Positions 9,040 to 15,321 of a DNA stretch of 22,033 nucleotides are shown in pieces. Source of the stretch: a virus (Duplodnaviria > Heunggongvirae > Uroviricota > Caudoviricetes); the IMG/VR virus record IMGVR_UViG_3300034126_000013; one strand, 5' to 3'. The position numbers were made by a program, and so were the translations under genes. The notes beneath the pieces are model-generated. The model did no database searches, was not told the DNA's origin, and saw nothing but the letters and a program-made list of their open reading frames with translations. Every line of letters starts with the position of its first letter. Positions within the stretch are counted from its first letter, which is position 1.

Positions 9040-9350
9040 TGTTTGAGCAACCCGGCGTAGCCAACATCCGTGAACGTAAAGCAGCTAACGAAGCAAGACA
9101 AAGACGTGAGCGAGAAGGTGATAACTCACCACCACGAAAAGGTACGATTGATCATTTGGTTTGGGTAGCTCGTCAAAATACAACACCCGAAGATAAAGCT
9201 AGAAGAGTGCAAGCACAGTTGGATTTCAATAAAAGAATGCGTGAGTATGAAGCTGATCGAGTGAAAAGAAATACTTGCGGTGATTGTGGTGCTGACACAC
9301 TAAACTACAGCCATTCATTTAAATGCCGTTGGAGAGGGAGTGGGTTCTAA
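9039..9350 (+). CDS. hypothetical protein with a C-terminal CxxC
   Basis: Coupled start at 9039 (MFEQPG...). Confidence 0.75.
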   Translation: MFEQPGVANIRERKAANEARQRREREGDNSPPRKGTIDHLVWVARQNTTPEDKARRVQAQLDFNKRMREYEADRVKRNTCGDCGADTLNYSHSFKCRWRGSGF

Positions 9351-9598
9351 TGAGTAACAAACAATGTCCATGCTGTCTGCGTAAACGTGTAGGTCCAATC
9401 AAAACATGGCGACGTAACACTCAATACGTAGAAGACTCAATCAACTACATGACAACATGCGTACACTGCATCATGGAAGACGATATCAACTACGCATACG
9501 ATTGGGCAGACTACTACAACGGTACAGGCGTAGGTGGCTACTCACATTACACCGACTTCCTAATCAATCGACGCTGGCCTTGGAGAACACTGAAATGA
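9350..9598 (+). CDS. putative zinc-binding hypothetical protein
   Basis: CPCC...CVHC; SD GAGGGAG and TAATG coupling. Confidence 0.75.
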   Translation: MSNKQCPCCLRKRVGPIKTWRRNTQYVEDSINYMTTCVHCIMEDDINYAYDWADYYNGTGVGGYSHYTDFLINRRWPWRTLK

Positions 9599-9750
9599 TC
9601 AAGCTAATCGCATTCCTATTCACAGGGTGCTGGCATAAGTGGGAACTATCTAGCAAACATACACTACTCAGTGACGGTCAATCACGTGGAATGACTTACA
9701 TCTCAAGATGCTCAAAATGCGGTAAACATAAAAGAGAAGACTTAAAATGA
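9595..9750 (+). CDS. small hypothetical protein
   Basis: MIKLIAFLFTGCWHKW...CSKCG; ATGA overlaps. Confidence 0.7.
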   Translation: MIKLIAFLFTGCWHKWELSSKHTLLSDGQSRGMTYISRCSKCGKHKREDLK

Positions 9751-9974
9751 CAGACGTACAACGATTCAGACAGAGTGGATACGACAACAGTCTACTACCA
9801 TCATCAAACGATGGTGATGCACACTACATGTACTACAAAGATCATGCTGTCATCGTCTCATTACTGCGTGAACAACTCGACAGCAAAGATGCACAGATAC
9901 AGACAGCAAACGAACAAAATGAAAGACTACTTCGTGTAATCGATAGAATGCTTGAGGAGATGAGAAGTCGATGA
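9747..9974 (+). CDS. hypothetical protein with a coiled coil
   Basis: 75 aa; heptad-like C-terminal half. Confidence 0.75.
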   Translation: MTDVQRFRQSGYDNSLLPSSNDGDAHYMYYKDHAVIVSLLREQLDSKDAQIQTANEQNERLLRVIDRMLEEMRSR

Positions 9975-10522
9975 GTAAATTAATTTACGCTGTTGGTGTT
10001 AATGATGCAGATTATAAAGTATCTACCAAAATTAGTGGGAAAACTATAAAGTGTGAATATTATTCGAGATGGCATGCTATGTTGACGAGATGTTATGGTT
10101 CTACATATCCTACTTATATTGGATGTTCTGTTGATCCTCGCTGGTACTCATTTATGTCTTTCAAAGCTTGGATGGAGAAACAAGACTGGAACGATAAATT
10201 TTTAGATAAGGATATTTTGTTCACTTCGAACAAAATATATGGTCCCGACACATGTGTGTTTGTCAGTAGAGAAGTTAATCTGTTCATTACCGACAGTAAT
10301 AAGTCAAGGGGTGTGTGGCCAGTTGGTGTACGTTTACACAGAGATGGTAAGTTTGAGGCACAAATTAGTGCCAACAACAGAAGAACATATCTTGGTTTAT
10401 TTGATACACCAGAAGCGGCATATCAAGCTTGGTACAAACGTAAACGTGAGCTAGCAATCGAACTAGCAGCACAACAAACTGATCCACGTGTAGCAGCAGC
10501 ATTAATCGCACGATTCCCATAA
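9971..10522 (+). CDS. HNH-type homing endonuclease with a C-terminal AP2 DNA-binding domain
   Basis: W..ML.RCY, LDKDIL...NK.Y.P.TCVFV and the AP2 signature YLGLFDTPEAAYQAW. Confidence 0.88.
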   Translation: MSKLIYAVGVNDADYKVSTKISGKTIKCEYYSRWHAMLTRCYGSTYPTYIGCSVDPRWYSFMSFKAWMEKQDWNDKFLDKDILFTSNKIYGPDTCVFVSREVNLFITDSNKSRGVWPVGVRLHRDGKFEAQISANNRRTYLGLFDTPEAAYQAWYKRKRELAIELAAQQTDPRVAAALIARFP

Positions 10523-10566
10523 CCTTCTTCGGAAGGTACAGCCTCGCTAACGCGGGGCTTCTTTTT
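10522..10566 (+). terminator. double-hairpin Rho-independent terminator ending the + strand operon
   Basis: ACCTTC-TTCG-GAAGGT (UUCG loop), then AGCCTCGC-TAAC-GCGGGGCT followed by TCTTTTT. Confidence 0.85.
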
Positions 10567-10743
10567 GCCCCAAATTCCATTCCCCCTATTTTTGACTTCC
10601 CCATTTACAACCCTTCCCCAAATCCTACTCCCCGATAATCCCTACTCGTTTAACAGGATATTCATCTAGTGGGTTTAACCGCCCGGACCCCCACCAGTAT
10701 ACCACCCGTCCAACAATCCACAAATCCGTGGACAAATATATCA

Positions 10744-10762
10744 GACCATGATAATCAACCTA
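10744..10762. promoter_or_regulatory. Fur box-like site
   Basis: GACCATGATAATCAACCTA, 13/19 to GATAATGATAATCATTATC. Confidence 0.35.
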
Positions 10763-10766
10763 CCCA

Positions 10767-10779
10767 AATCAAAACCTTG
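10767..10779 (+). promoter_or_regulatory. IHF consensus match
   Basis: AATCAA-AACC-TTG fits WATCAA-N4-TTR. Confidence 0.35.
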
Positions 10780-10807
10780 ACAAAATAGGTCGTATATGCA
10801 TATGTAG

Positions 10808-10826
10808 CGTAATGATAATCATTCAA
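10808..10826. promoter_or_regulatory. Fur box-like site
   Basis: CGTAATGATAATCATTCAA, 14 contiguous matches to the Fur 19-mer. Confidence 0.55.
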
Positions 10827-10906
10827 TGGCGTTTAACATAATACTGATTATACGCAAGGCACATACCCCTCCCGTGTAATCGTCGTATAGCTGTAATGTA
10901 GGGGAT

Positions 10907-10954
10907 TCGGTGATTGACCATCAAACGTCCGCATTGCACGAACTCTTCACCAAT
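10907..10954 (-). ncRNA. candidate small RNA / 5' hairpin motif, copy C
   Basis: Starts after promoter 10960-10988; UUGGUGA...GUCAAUCACCGA closes a 7-bp helix. Confidence 0.35.
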
Positions 10955-10959
10955 GACAC

Positions 10960-10988
10960 ATATTACCACCTTCGGGGCGGAATGACTA
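10960..10988 (-). promoter_or_regulatory. sigma70-type promoter
   Basis: TAGTCA-N17-TAATAT with an extended -10 TG. Confidence 0.5.
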
Positions 10989-11023
10989 GCTTTTTCTCTT
11001 TCTTTCCTCGGATTGCCCTATGT

Positions 11024-11042
11024 GAGAATGATAATCGTTTAT
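11024..11042. promoter_or_regulatory. Fur box-like site
   Basis: GAGAATGATAATCGTTTAT, 14/19 to the Fur consensus. Confidence 0.5.
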
Positions 11043-11059
11043 TAAATAAACAGTGTAAT

Positions 11060-11075
11060 TGTTCCATGTGGAACA
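11060..11075. promoter_or_regulatory. parS: parS-like site 1 (ParB-binding palindrome)
   Basis: TGTTCCATGTGGAACA, 15/16 to TGTTCCACGTGGAACA. Confidence 0.75.
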
Positions 11076-11392
11076 CATGAATAGATATAATTAGAGAGGG
11101 ATGCTTAACCCATCTGTCGATGTGTACGCCTATCCCTCGAATAGCCTATATGTGAATATGTCAGTATTATGTCGTAATGACGACATGCAATGATGTACTA
11201 GAATGGCTGAAAGCCATTGATTATAAGGCTTTTAGAGAAGCGTTATATTATGGGCCTAGCCCATGGTAGGGATGGTTTATTGCGTAGCAATGAGGGGTAC
11301 TGTAGGAGCTTAGGGAGGGTATGCTACCGCATACAAGAGGGATAACAGAGGGTTATTACCCTGATACTAACCTGTTTACTAAGTCTGTTAAC

Positions 11393-11412
11393 TACTGTTG
11401 TATACAACAGAA
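11393..11412. promoter_or_regulatory. LexA (SOS) box-like palindrome
   Basis: TA-CTGT-TGTATACA-ACAG-AA: a perfect 16-bp palindrome of the CTGT-N8-ACAG form. Confidence 0.55.
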
Positions 11413-11509
11413 TATATATACTTCTTTAAGAGGGGAGGGGTTCCCCTCTCTCTCCCTCTCTCTATGCTCTCTAATAGCTCACTGGGGGAGTTCCCCCAGA
11501 AGATAAGGC

Positions 11510-11539
11510 ATTATACCCCTTGACATGCGGTTCTGTCTA
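11510..11539 (-). promoter_or_regulatory. sigma70-type promoter firing into the non-coding region
   Basis: TAGACA-N18-TATAAT, followed by the hairpin CTGGGGGA/TCCCCCAG (11481-11499). Confidence 0.6.
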
Positions 11540-11558
11540 TGCTGGTCTGGGACACATA

Positions 11559-11625
11559 CGTACACAATAGCGACACTATGTCAAGCGTTTATATTCATAG
11601 GACAGAAACGTACATAAATGCGACA
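11559..11625. repeat. two copies of the 17-bp motif YGTAYAYAWWWGCGACA
   Basis: 11559-11575 CGTACACAATAGCGACA and 11609-11625 CGTACATAAATGCGACA. Confidence 0.7.
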
Positions 11626-11630
11626 CATAC

Positions 11631-11655
11631 AAAGAAACCCCTACAGAGAGGGGTT
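11631..11655 (-). terminator. Rho-independent terminator of the early operon
   Basis: AACCCCT-N6-AGGGGTT stem with a U-rich tail on the minus strand. Confidence 0.8.
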
Positions 11656-11673
11656 ATTATTGGAAGGGGTTTG

Positions 11674-11925
11674 TTATTCACCTAAACCTAAAGCGTTACG
11701 TTCTTCAACAGTGAGTTTGGCAAGGGCTTGTTTCTTGAGTTCACCAGACTTTAAGAATTCATATTCTTCTTTACTTTCATGAATAATAAATGTTCGTTTA
11801 TATACTGCACCGTGTTGACCGGCGATGGCTTTAGCGTCGTCTTTGTCCACAACGTAACATTCGTGATAGTGACGGTCGCCGCCGTCCCATAACTGCACGT
11901 CGTAGCATTCGATAATTTTAGTCAT
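11674..11925 (-). CDS. early hypothetical protein
   Basis: 83 aa; SD AAGGTG; C-terminus ALAKLTVEERNALGL. Confidence 0.85.
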   Translation of the reverse strand: MTKIIECYDVQLWDGGDRHYHECYVVDKDDAKAIAGQHGAVYKRTFIIHESKEEYEFLKSGELKKQALAKLTVEERNALGLGE

Positions 11926-11928
11926 GAT

Positions 11929-12057
11929 TTACACCTTGTTAGGAATGAGTTTAGTTCCGCAATGACCGCACCATGCAAAGCCTTGGGCTACAACTGGTTT
12001 ATGTTTGCTTGTCTTACCATGCAAGGCACCACAATTAGAACATGGTTTGTATTTCAT
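11929..12057 (-). CDS. small zinc-ribbon protein (42 aa)
   Basis: MKYKPCSNC...WCGHCGTKLIPNKV; ATGA-coupled to the upstream gene. Confidence 0.75.
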   Translation of the reverse strand: MKYKPCSNCGALHGKTSKHKPVVAQGFAWCGHCGTKLIPNKV

Positions 12058-12269
12058 TTTGTCACCTTCCGGCTACGTTTACCGGTCATTGCACGGCATT
12101 GATAATCGCACAGTTTAAAGATGCGTTTCCATTTGGCGGATACATGACCGTCTTTCAAATTACGAACCTTGCGGCCTTTCGGGAAGTCGGTACAAGCTTG
12201 TTTAGTGCAATGCACCATGATTTCTTTAGTAACAGTATTCATGATGTTATTGACATAAGAAGTTTTCAT
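12054..12269 (-). CDS. basic early hypothetical protein
   Basis: 71 aa; SD AAGGTG; directly downstream of promoter 12320-12348. Confidence 0.8.
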   Translation of the reverse strand: MKTSYVNNIMNTVTKEIMVHCTKQACTDFPKGRKVRNLKDGHVSAKWKRIFKLCDYQCRAMTGKRSRKVTK

Positions 12270-12319
12270 GGTGTCACCTTTTAGACAACTGGGGAGACAT
12301 TCCCCGTTTCGTTAAAGCG

Positions 12320-12348
12320 ATTGTACCGACTAATCAACATCGGTACAA
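12320..12348 (-). promoter_or_regulatory. sigma70-type promoter embedded in a 9-bp inverted repeat
   Basis: TTGTAC-N17-TACAAT; arms TTGTACCGA (12321-29) and TCGGTACAA (12340-48). Confidence 0.65.
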
Positions 12349-12366
12349 GAAGTATTTTAGTTTATT

Positions 12367-12630
12367 TCAAAGCCCTACCAGATTACCAAGGAAGCGCCGG
12401 GTTTCTACAGTTGCAACGATAGGACCGTTGACAACTTCCACCACAGCGTGGTCAGTCCACTCTGGGTTCCAAGGTTGAATGACGCGCTTTTCAGCAGCTT
12501 CCTTGGTTTTGAACATCCCCGAGATAACCAGTTTACCTTCGTACATGCTGACCACTACGTGGGTGATGTCAGTCTTTGCTGTTTTCTTGCTTACCGATTG
12601 ACCGTTGTGTTGAACAGTAAGAGTTTTCAT
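12367..12630 (-). CDS. early hypothetical protein
   Basis: MKTLTVQH..., 87 aa; SD AGGA; start trimmed from the track's 12702. Confidence 0.8.
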   Translation of the reverse strand: MKTLTVQHNGQSVSKKTAKTDITHVVVSMYEGKLVISGMFKTKEAAEKRVIQPWNPEWTDHAVVEVVNGPIVATVETRRFLGNLVGL

Positions 12631-12670
12631 TTCGGTAATTCCTGTTTGGTTGTTTGCTTTCGATGTGTTC

Positions 12671-12699
12671 ATTCTACTAAGGAATCTAGTCTGTGTATA
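12671..12699 (-). promoter_or_regulatory. sigma70-type promoter
   Basis: TATACA-N17-TAGAAT, ~35 nt upstream of the 12630 start. Confidence 0.5.
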
Positions 12700-12898
12700 C
12701 ATTTATTTTTAGTTTATTATGAAAATAGTTCTAAATAGTTCGGATGCTCTATAAGCTCCTATAAGCCGTTTTGGGGAGTGCTAACGATTACCCTTAATGC
12801 TGATATGTCTTTGTTCTTAAAACAGCGTACCAAGATGCGTGCCAACATTAGACAATGCTTCGGGAAAATAACGTGCCAATACTTTATTGCAGGGTCGG

Positions 12899-12926
12899 TC
12901 GGTGATTGCCTCCGATCCTCACCGGT
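12899..12926 (-). ncRNA. candidate small RNA / 5' hairpin motif, copy A (3' end unknown)
   Basis: CGGUGA-GGAUCGGAGGCAA-UCACCGA directly after promoter 12933-12962; no credible ORF before the next promoter. Confidence 0.4.
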
Positions 12927-12932
12927 AGTTGT

Positions 12933-12962
12933 ATTGTAGCAAAGAATTTAGAACGATGTCTA
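12933..12962 (-). promoter_or_regulatory. sigma70-type promoter
   Basis: TAGACA-N18-TACAAT. Confidence 0.6.
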
Positions 12963-12977
12963 CATTTATTTACAGAC

Positions 12978-13006
12978 AAAAGAAAGCCCCCAATTAAGGA
13001 GGCTTT
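12978..13006 (-). terminator. Rho-independent terminator
   Basis: AAAGCC...GGCTTT stem with a U-tract on the minus strand. Confidence 0.75.
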
Positions 13007-13019
13007 ATTGTGGGTTGGC

Positions 13020-13238
13020 TTATGATTCAATGATCTTGACAGAGAAGCCAGCTAGAACATACTTACCAATCATTTGCTCGACTTCGCGTTGCTCATACAG
13101 ACTATCTATTTGCAGGTCAATCTTTTTCGTTTCTTCGTCTACTAACCAGACGCTACCAGCATAGCCCGCCCCGCCTGCAATGTTAACCACTTGCACTTCG
13201 TTTGTGTGGTTGATGTTGCCGATAATTAGAGTTTTCAT
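13020..13238 (-). CDS. early hypothetical protein
   Basis: MKTLIIGN...; start uncertain (13238, 13286 or 13295). Confidence 0.75.
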   Translation of the reverse strand: MKTLIIGNINHTNEVQVVNIAGGAGYAGSVWLVDEETKKIDLQIDSLYEQREVEQMIGKYVLAGFSVKIIES

Positions 13239-13288
13239 GGGTGGCCCTAGATCAATGATGTTAGAGATTATACCGGTCTGGTTCATGG

Positions 13289-13546
13289 TCAGCAATCACA
13301 TTCGTCGTCTTCTTTGAATTGGCTTACGAATTCATTAACTCGTTTAGTCAAGGATTTGTGAGCCGATTCTACATCTTTCAAACGATCTTGATAATACTCA
13401 AGAGCTTTTATAAATGCTTCCCGTTCGGTCTTGGCACGCATAGCCAGATTCATACCACGTGTTTCATCATAGAGCCAGAAGCCGTCTGTGCACTCGCTTA
13501 ATGCAAGCTTACTGGTCAATACTTCGTGTTTAATTACCTTACCCAT
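13289..13546 (-). CDS. early hypothetical protein
   Basis: MGKVIKHE..., 85 aa; SD AGAGG before 13546. Confidence 0.8.
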   Translation of the reverse strand: MGKVIKHEVLTSKLALSECTDGFWLYDETRGMNLAMRAKTEREAFIKALEYYQDRLKDVESAHKSLTKRVNEFVSQFKEDDECDC

Positions 13547-13550
13547 GATA

Positions 13551-13727
13551 TTAAACCTCTTTATCATCAATGATTTGAATTTGGGAAATGATACCAAATT
13601 GCCCTTGAGACAACAACTCAATGTGTTGTTTGATTAGCTCGACTTGCTCAATGTCTAAGCAGTCTTCGTGCTTACCAGCGAACAACGCAATCTTTAAAGC
13701 TTGGATCAATTCTTGATTGTATTGCAT
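13551..13727 (-). CDS. early hypothetical protein
   Basis: MQYNQELIQALK..., 58 aa; SD AAGGTG. Confidence 0.75.
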   Translation of the reverse strand: MQYNQELIQALKIALFAGKHEDCLDIEQVELIKQHIELLSQGQFGIISQIQIIDDKEV

Positions 13728-13728
13728 G

Positions 13729-13902
13729 TTACACCTTTTCATTATGTTCTAGACGACGACCATTTTGGACGGTTACGCGTTTACCCGCAAGCGAAATAAA
13801 CGACATAGCTTCACCTTCAAACGCGTTCATTGCCTTGTAATACGTTTCAGAGAATTGATCGTCTAACTGTTTACGTAGCTTGCGAAGTTGAAAGCGGTTC
13901 AT
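13729..13902 (-). CDS. early hypothetical protein (57 aa; not in the track)
   Basis: MNRFQLRKLRKQLDDQFSE...HNEKV; SD AAGGGG. Confidence 0.75.
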   Translation of the reverse strand: MNRFQLRKLRKQLDDQFSETYYKAMNAFEGEAMSFISLAGKRVTVQNGRRLEHNEKV

Positions 13903-13914
13903 GTCGTTAACCCC

Positions 13915-14223
13915 TTACAAGCAAAATTTGTATTTATCAGAAATTGAATCAAACTCAGGATCGATATCGCATTCGTCTTCATCGATGATAATGGCTTCAA
14001 CGAAGTATTCCCATTCAGGACCGAAGCGAGACGATATTTGGTTATCCGTGTTGAAAGCGCGAATATCAGTAACATCATCTGCATCCAGTTCACCGCATAC
14101 ACGTTCAATGTAATCAGCAACATCGATTTGAGCAACTTCTACACGACCGCATTCAACAAACCAAGCATTGTGACCGATTACAAAGTCAGTACCAGTTTTA
14201 ACGATTTTGATTTCTACGATCAT
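13915..14223 (-). CDS. acidic early hypothetical protein
   Basis: MIVEIKIV..., 102 aa; downstream of promoter 14273-14300. Confidence 0.8.
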   Translation of the reverse strand: MIVEIKIVKTGTDFVIGHNAWFVECGRVEVAQIDVADYIERVCGELDADDVTDIRAFNTDNQISSRFGPEWEYFVEAIIIDEDECDIDPEFDSISDKYKFCL

Positions 14224-14272
14224 GATAAGTGCCTTTACAAAAGTGGTTGGCTGAATGCCTTTCATGTGGTCC

Positions 14273-14300
14273 ATTCTACACTCTTTAGACAACAGGTCAA
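14273..14300 (-). promoter_or_regulatory. early promoter (16-bp spacer class, TCTAAA in spacer)
   Basis: TTGACC-TGTTGTCTAAAGAGTG-TAGAAT. Confidence 0.8.
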
Positions 14301-14309
14301 GCTTTAAAA

Positions 14310-14348
14310 CGTATATATTTGCGACATTGAATGTATATAAATGCGACA
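14310..14348. repeat. two copies of the 17-bp motif YGTAYAYAWWWGCGACA, 22 bp apart
   Basis: 14310-14326 CGTATATATTTGCGACA and 14332-14348 TGTATATAAATGCGACA. Confidence 0.7.
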
Positions 14349-14353
14349 TAGAG

Positions 14354-14374
14354 AAAAGCCCCGACTAGCGGGGC
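14354..14374 (-). terminator. Rho-independent terminator
   Basis: GCCCCG-ACTAG-CGGGGC with AAAA on the + strand (U-tract on minus). Confidence 0.8.
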
Positions 14375-14379
14375 GATTG

Positions 14380-14395
14380 TGTTTCACGTGGAACA
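14380..14395. promoter_or_regulatory. parS: parS-like site 2
   Basis: TGTTTCACGTGGAACA, 15/16 to both TGTTTCACGTGAAACA and TGTTCCACGTGGAACA. Confidence 0.85.
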
Positions 14396-14396
14396 T

Positions 14397-14699
14397 TTAC
14401 TTATCATGATGCCAGTCAATAATAGTTTTGACATGCTGTTCTGTTGTAAAGGTGTAATCAGTAAATACCTGAGTACCACACAAGCCGAATGCATACCAGT
14501 TTGATAGACGACCTTTCATGATTTCAATCTGTCGATAAACCGATATCGATTTGACTAATTCTGCACCGTTGTCTGTAACCCATTTATCAAGCTTTGCCAA
14601 TGTAGGGAATTTGTCGGGAACTTGATTCCCTTTCTGTTCACCAGTGAGAAAGCGTAGCTTATGAAAGTCGCCGTATTTCTCACGCTTTACCAGACTCAC
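14397..14699 (-). CDS. early hypothetical protein
   Basis: 100 aa; coupled to the upstream ORF. Confidence 0.8.
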   Translation of the reverse strand: MSLVKREKYGDFHKLRFLTGEQKGNQVPDKFPTLAKLDKWVTDNGAELVKSISVYRQIEIMKGRLSNWYAFGLCGTQVFTDYTFTTEQHVKTIIDWHHDK

Positions 14700-14887
14700 A
14701 AGCTTGATTCCTTTTTCATTGTGTCGATTAGCTTTGTTACATGATCCGCATATACATAACCCGGCGTTGGTTCAACAAGGGTTTTCAATCGTTCATGTGC
14801 AGCGGTTAAACGCGTTGGTGTGTCGTGTCCTGCATCATACATCATCCGCAATGCAAAGCGTTGGGATACTGCGATTTTATCAGCCAT
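14696..14887 (-). CDS. early hypothetical protein
   Basis: 63 aa; SD AAGGTG. Confidence 0.8.
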   Translation of the reverse strand: MADKIAVSQRFALRMMYDAGHDTPTRLTAAHERLKTLVEPTPGYVYADHVTKLIDTMKKESSL

Positions 14888-14896
14888 GATACACCT

Positions 14897-14971
14897 TTAG
14901 ATAACGTTTACAACAGACCAAACCGCAATACTTACAAGTGTAGCCAATGAAGCGATAAATGCGATTTTCAT
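14897..14971 (-). CDS. 24-aa hydrophobic peptide
   Basis: MKIAFIASLATLVSIAVWSVVNVI; SD GAGG; first gene after promoter 15002-15029. Confidence 0.65.
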   Translation of the reverse strand: MKIAFIASLATLVSIAVWSVVNVI

Positions 14972-15001
14972 GATGTAGCCTCGATTTGTTTGGTGTTGTC
15001 C

Positions 15002-15029
15002 ATTCTACAGGAATAAACCATATGGTCAA
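15002..15029 (-). promoter_or_regulatory. early promoter (16-bp spacer class)
   Basis: TTGACC-N16-TAGAAT. Confidence 0.8.
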
Positions 15030-15211
15030 GACATTATTTTAACTATTTCGTTATTCAAAGCAAGTAAAAGCTCGGATGAGCAATAGATGCTAATTGGTGC
15101 AAGAACAAGGTATTGCCATGTGCGTGTTACAATACCATAAACGATAGCAAGGATTCCAGAACTGAATAGAATATAGAGAACGAAAGTACAAAGACTAATA
15201 AGTGACATCAT
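15026..15211 (-). CDS. small membrane protein (two hydrophobic segments)
   Basis: 61 aa, strongly hydrophobic. Confidence 0.75.
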   Translation of the reverse strand: MMSLISLCTFVLYILFSSGILAIVYGIVTRTWQYLVLAPISIYCSSELLLALNNEIVKIMS

Positions 15212-15260
15212 GATGTAAAACCTGATTTTAGTAATGGGTTATTTGCCTTTCTTGTCACTC

Positions 15261-15288
15261 ATTCTACAGACTTTAAAGAGTAGGTCAA
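15261..15288 (-). promoter_or_regulatory. early promoter (16-bp spacer class)
   Basis: TTGACC-N16-TAGAAT; TTTAAA variant at the TCTAAA position. Confidence 0.8.
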
Positions 15289-15321
15289 CAAGTATTTTCA
15301 TTTATTGTTGGCATGATCTTT

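Larger units (their letters stand above)
10567..11630. other. ~1 kb non-coding region where the two arms converge; candidate genome terminus / terminal repeat
   Basis: No credible ORF; rich in palindromes and C/G runs; flanked by convergent terminators. The terminus role is an inference. Confidence 0.55.

Noticed and set aside
10710-10740. DnaA boxes (AATCCACA; TTGTCCACG on the minus strand)
   Set aside because: At least two mismatches to TTATCCACA and not arrayed. An 8/9 match at ~11843 lies inside a CDS.
11321-11506. 61-aa + strand ORF in the junction
   Set aside because: Low-complexity sequence crossing palindromes and a purine/pyrimidine tract, and antisense to the local promoter.
12826-12879. 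sigma54 promoters (TGGCACG on the minus strand; also TGGCATG at ~15309)
   Set aside because: The -12 TTGC element is absent (TTGG, TTTC or TTGA instead).
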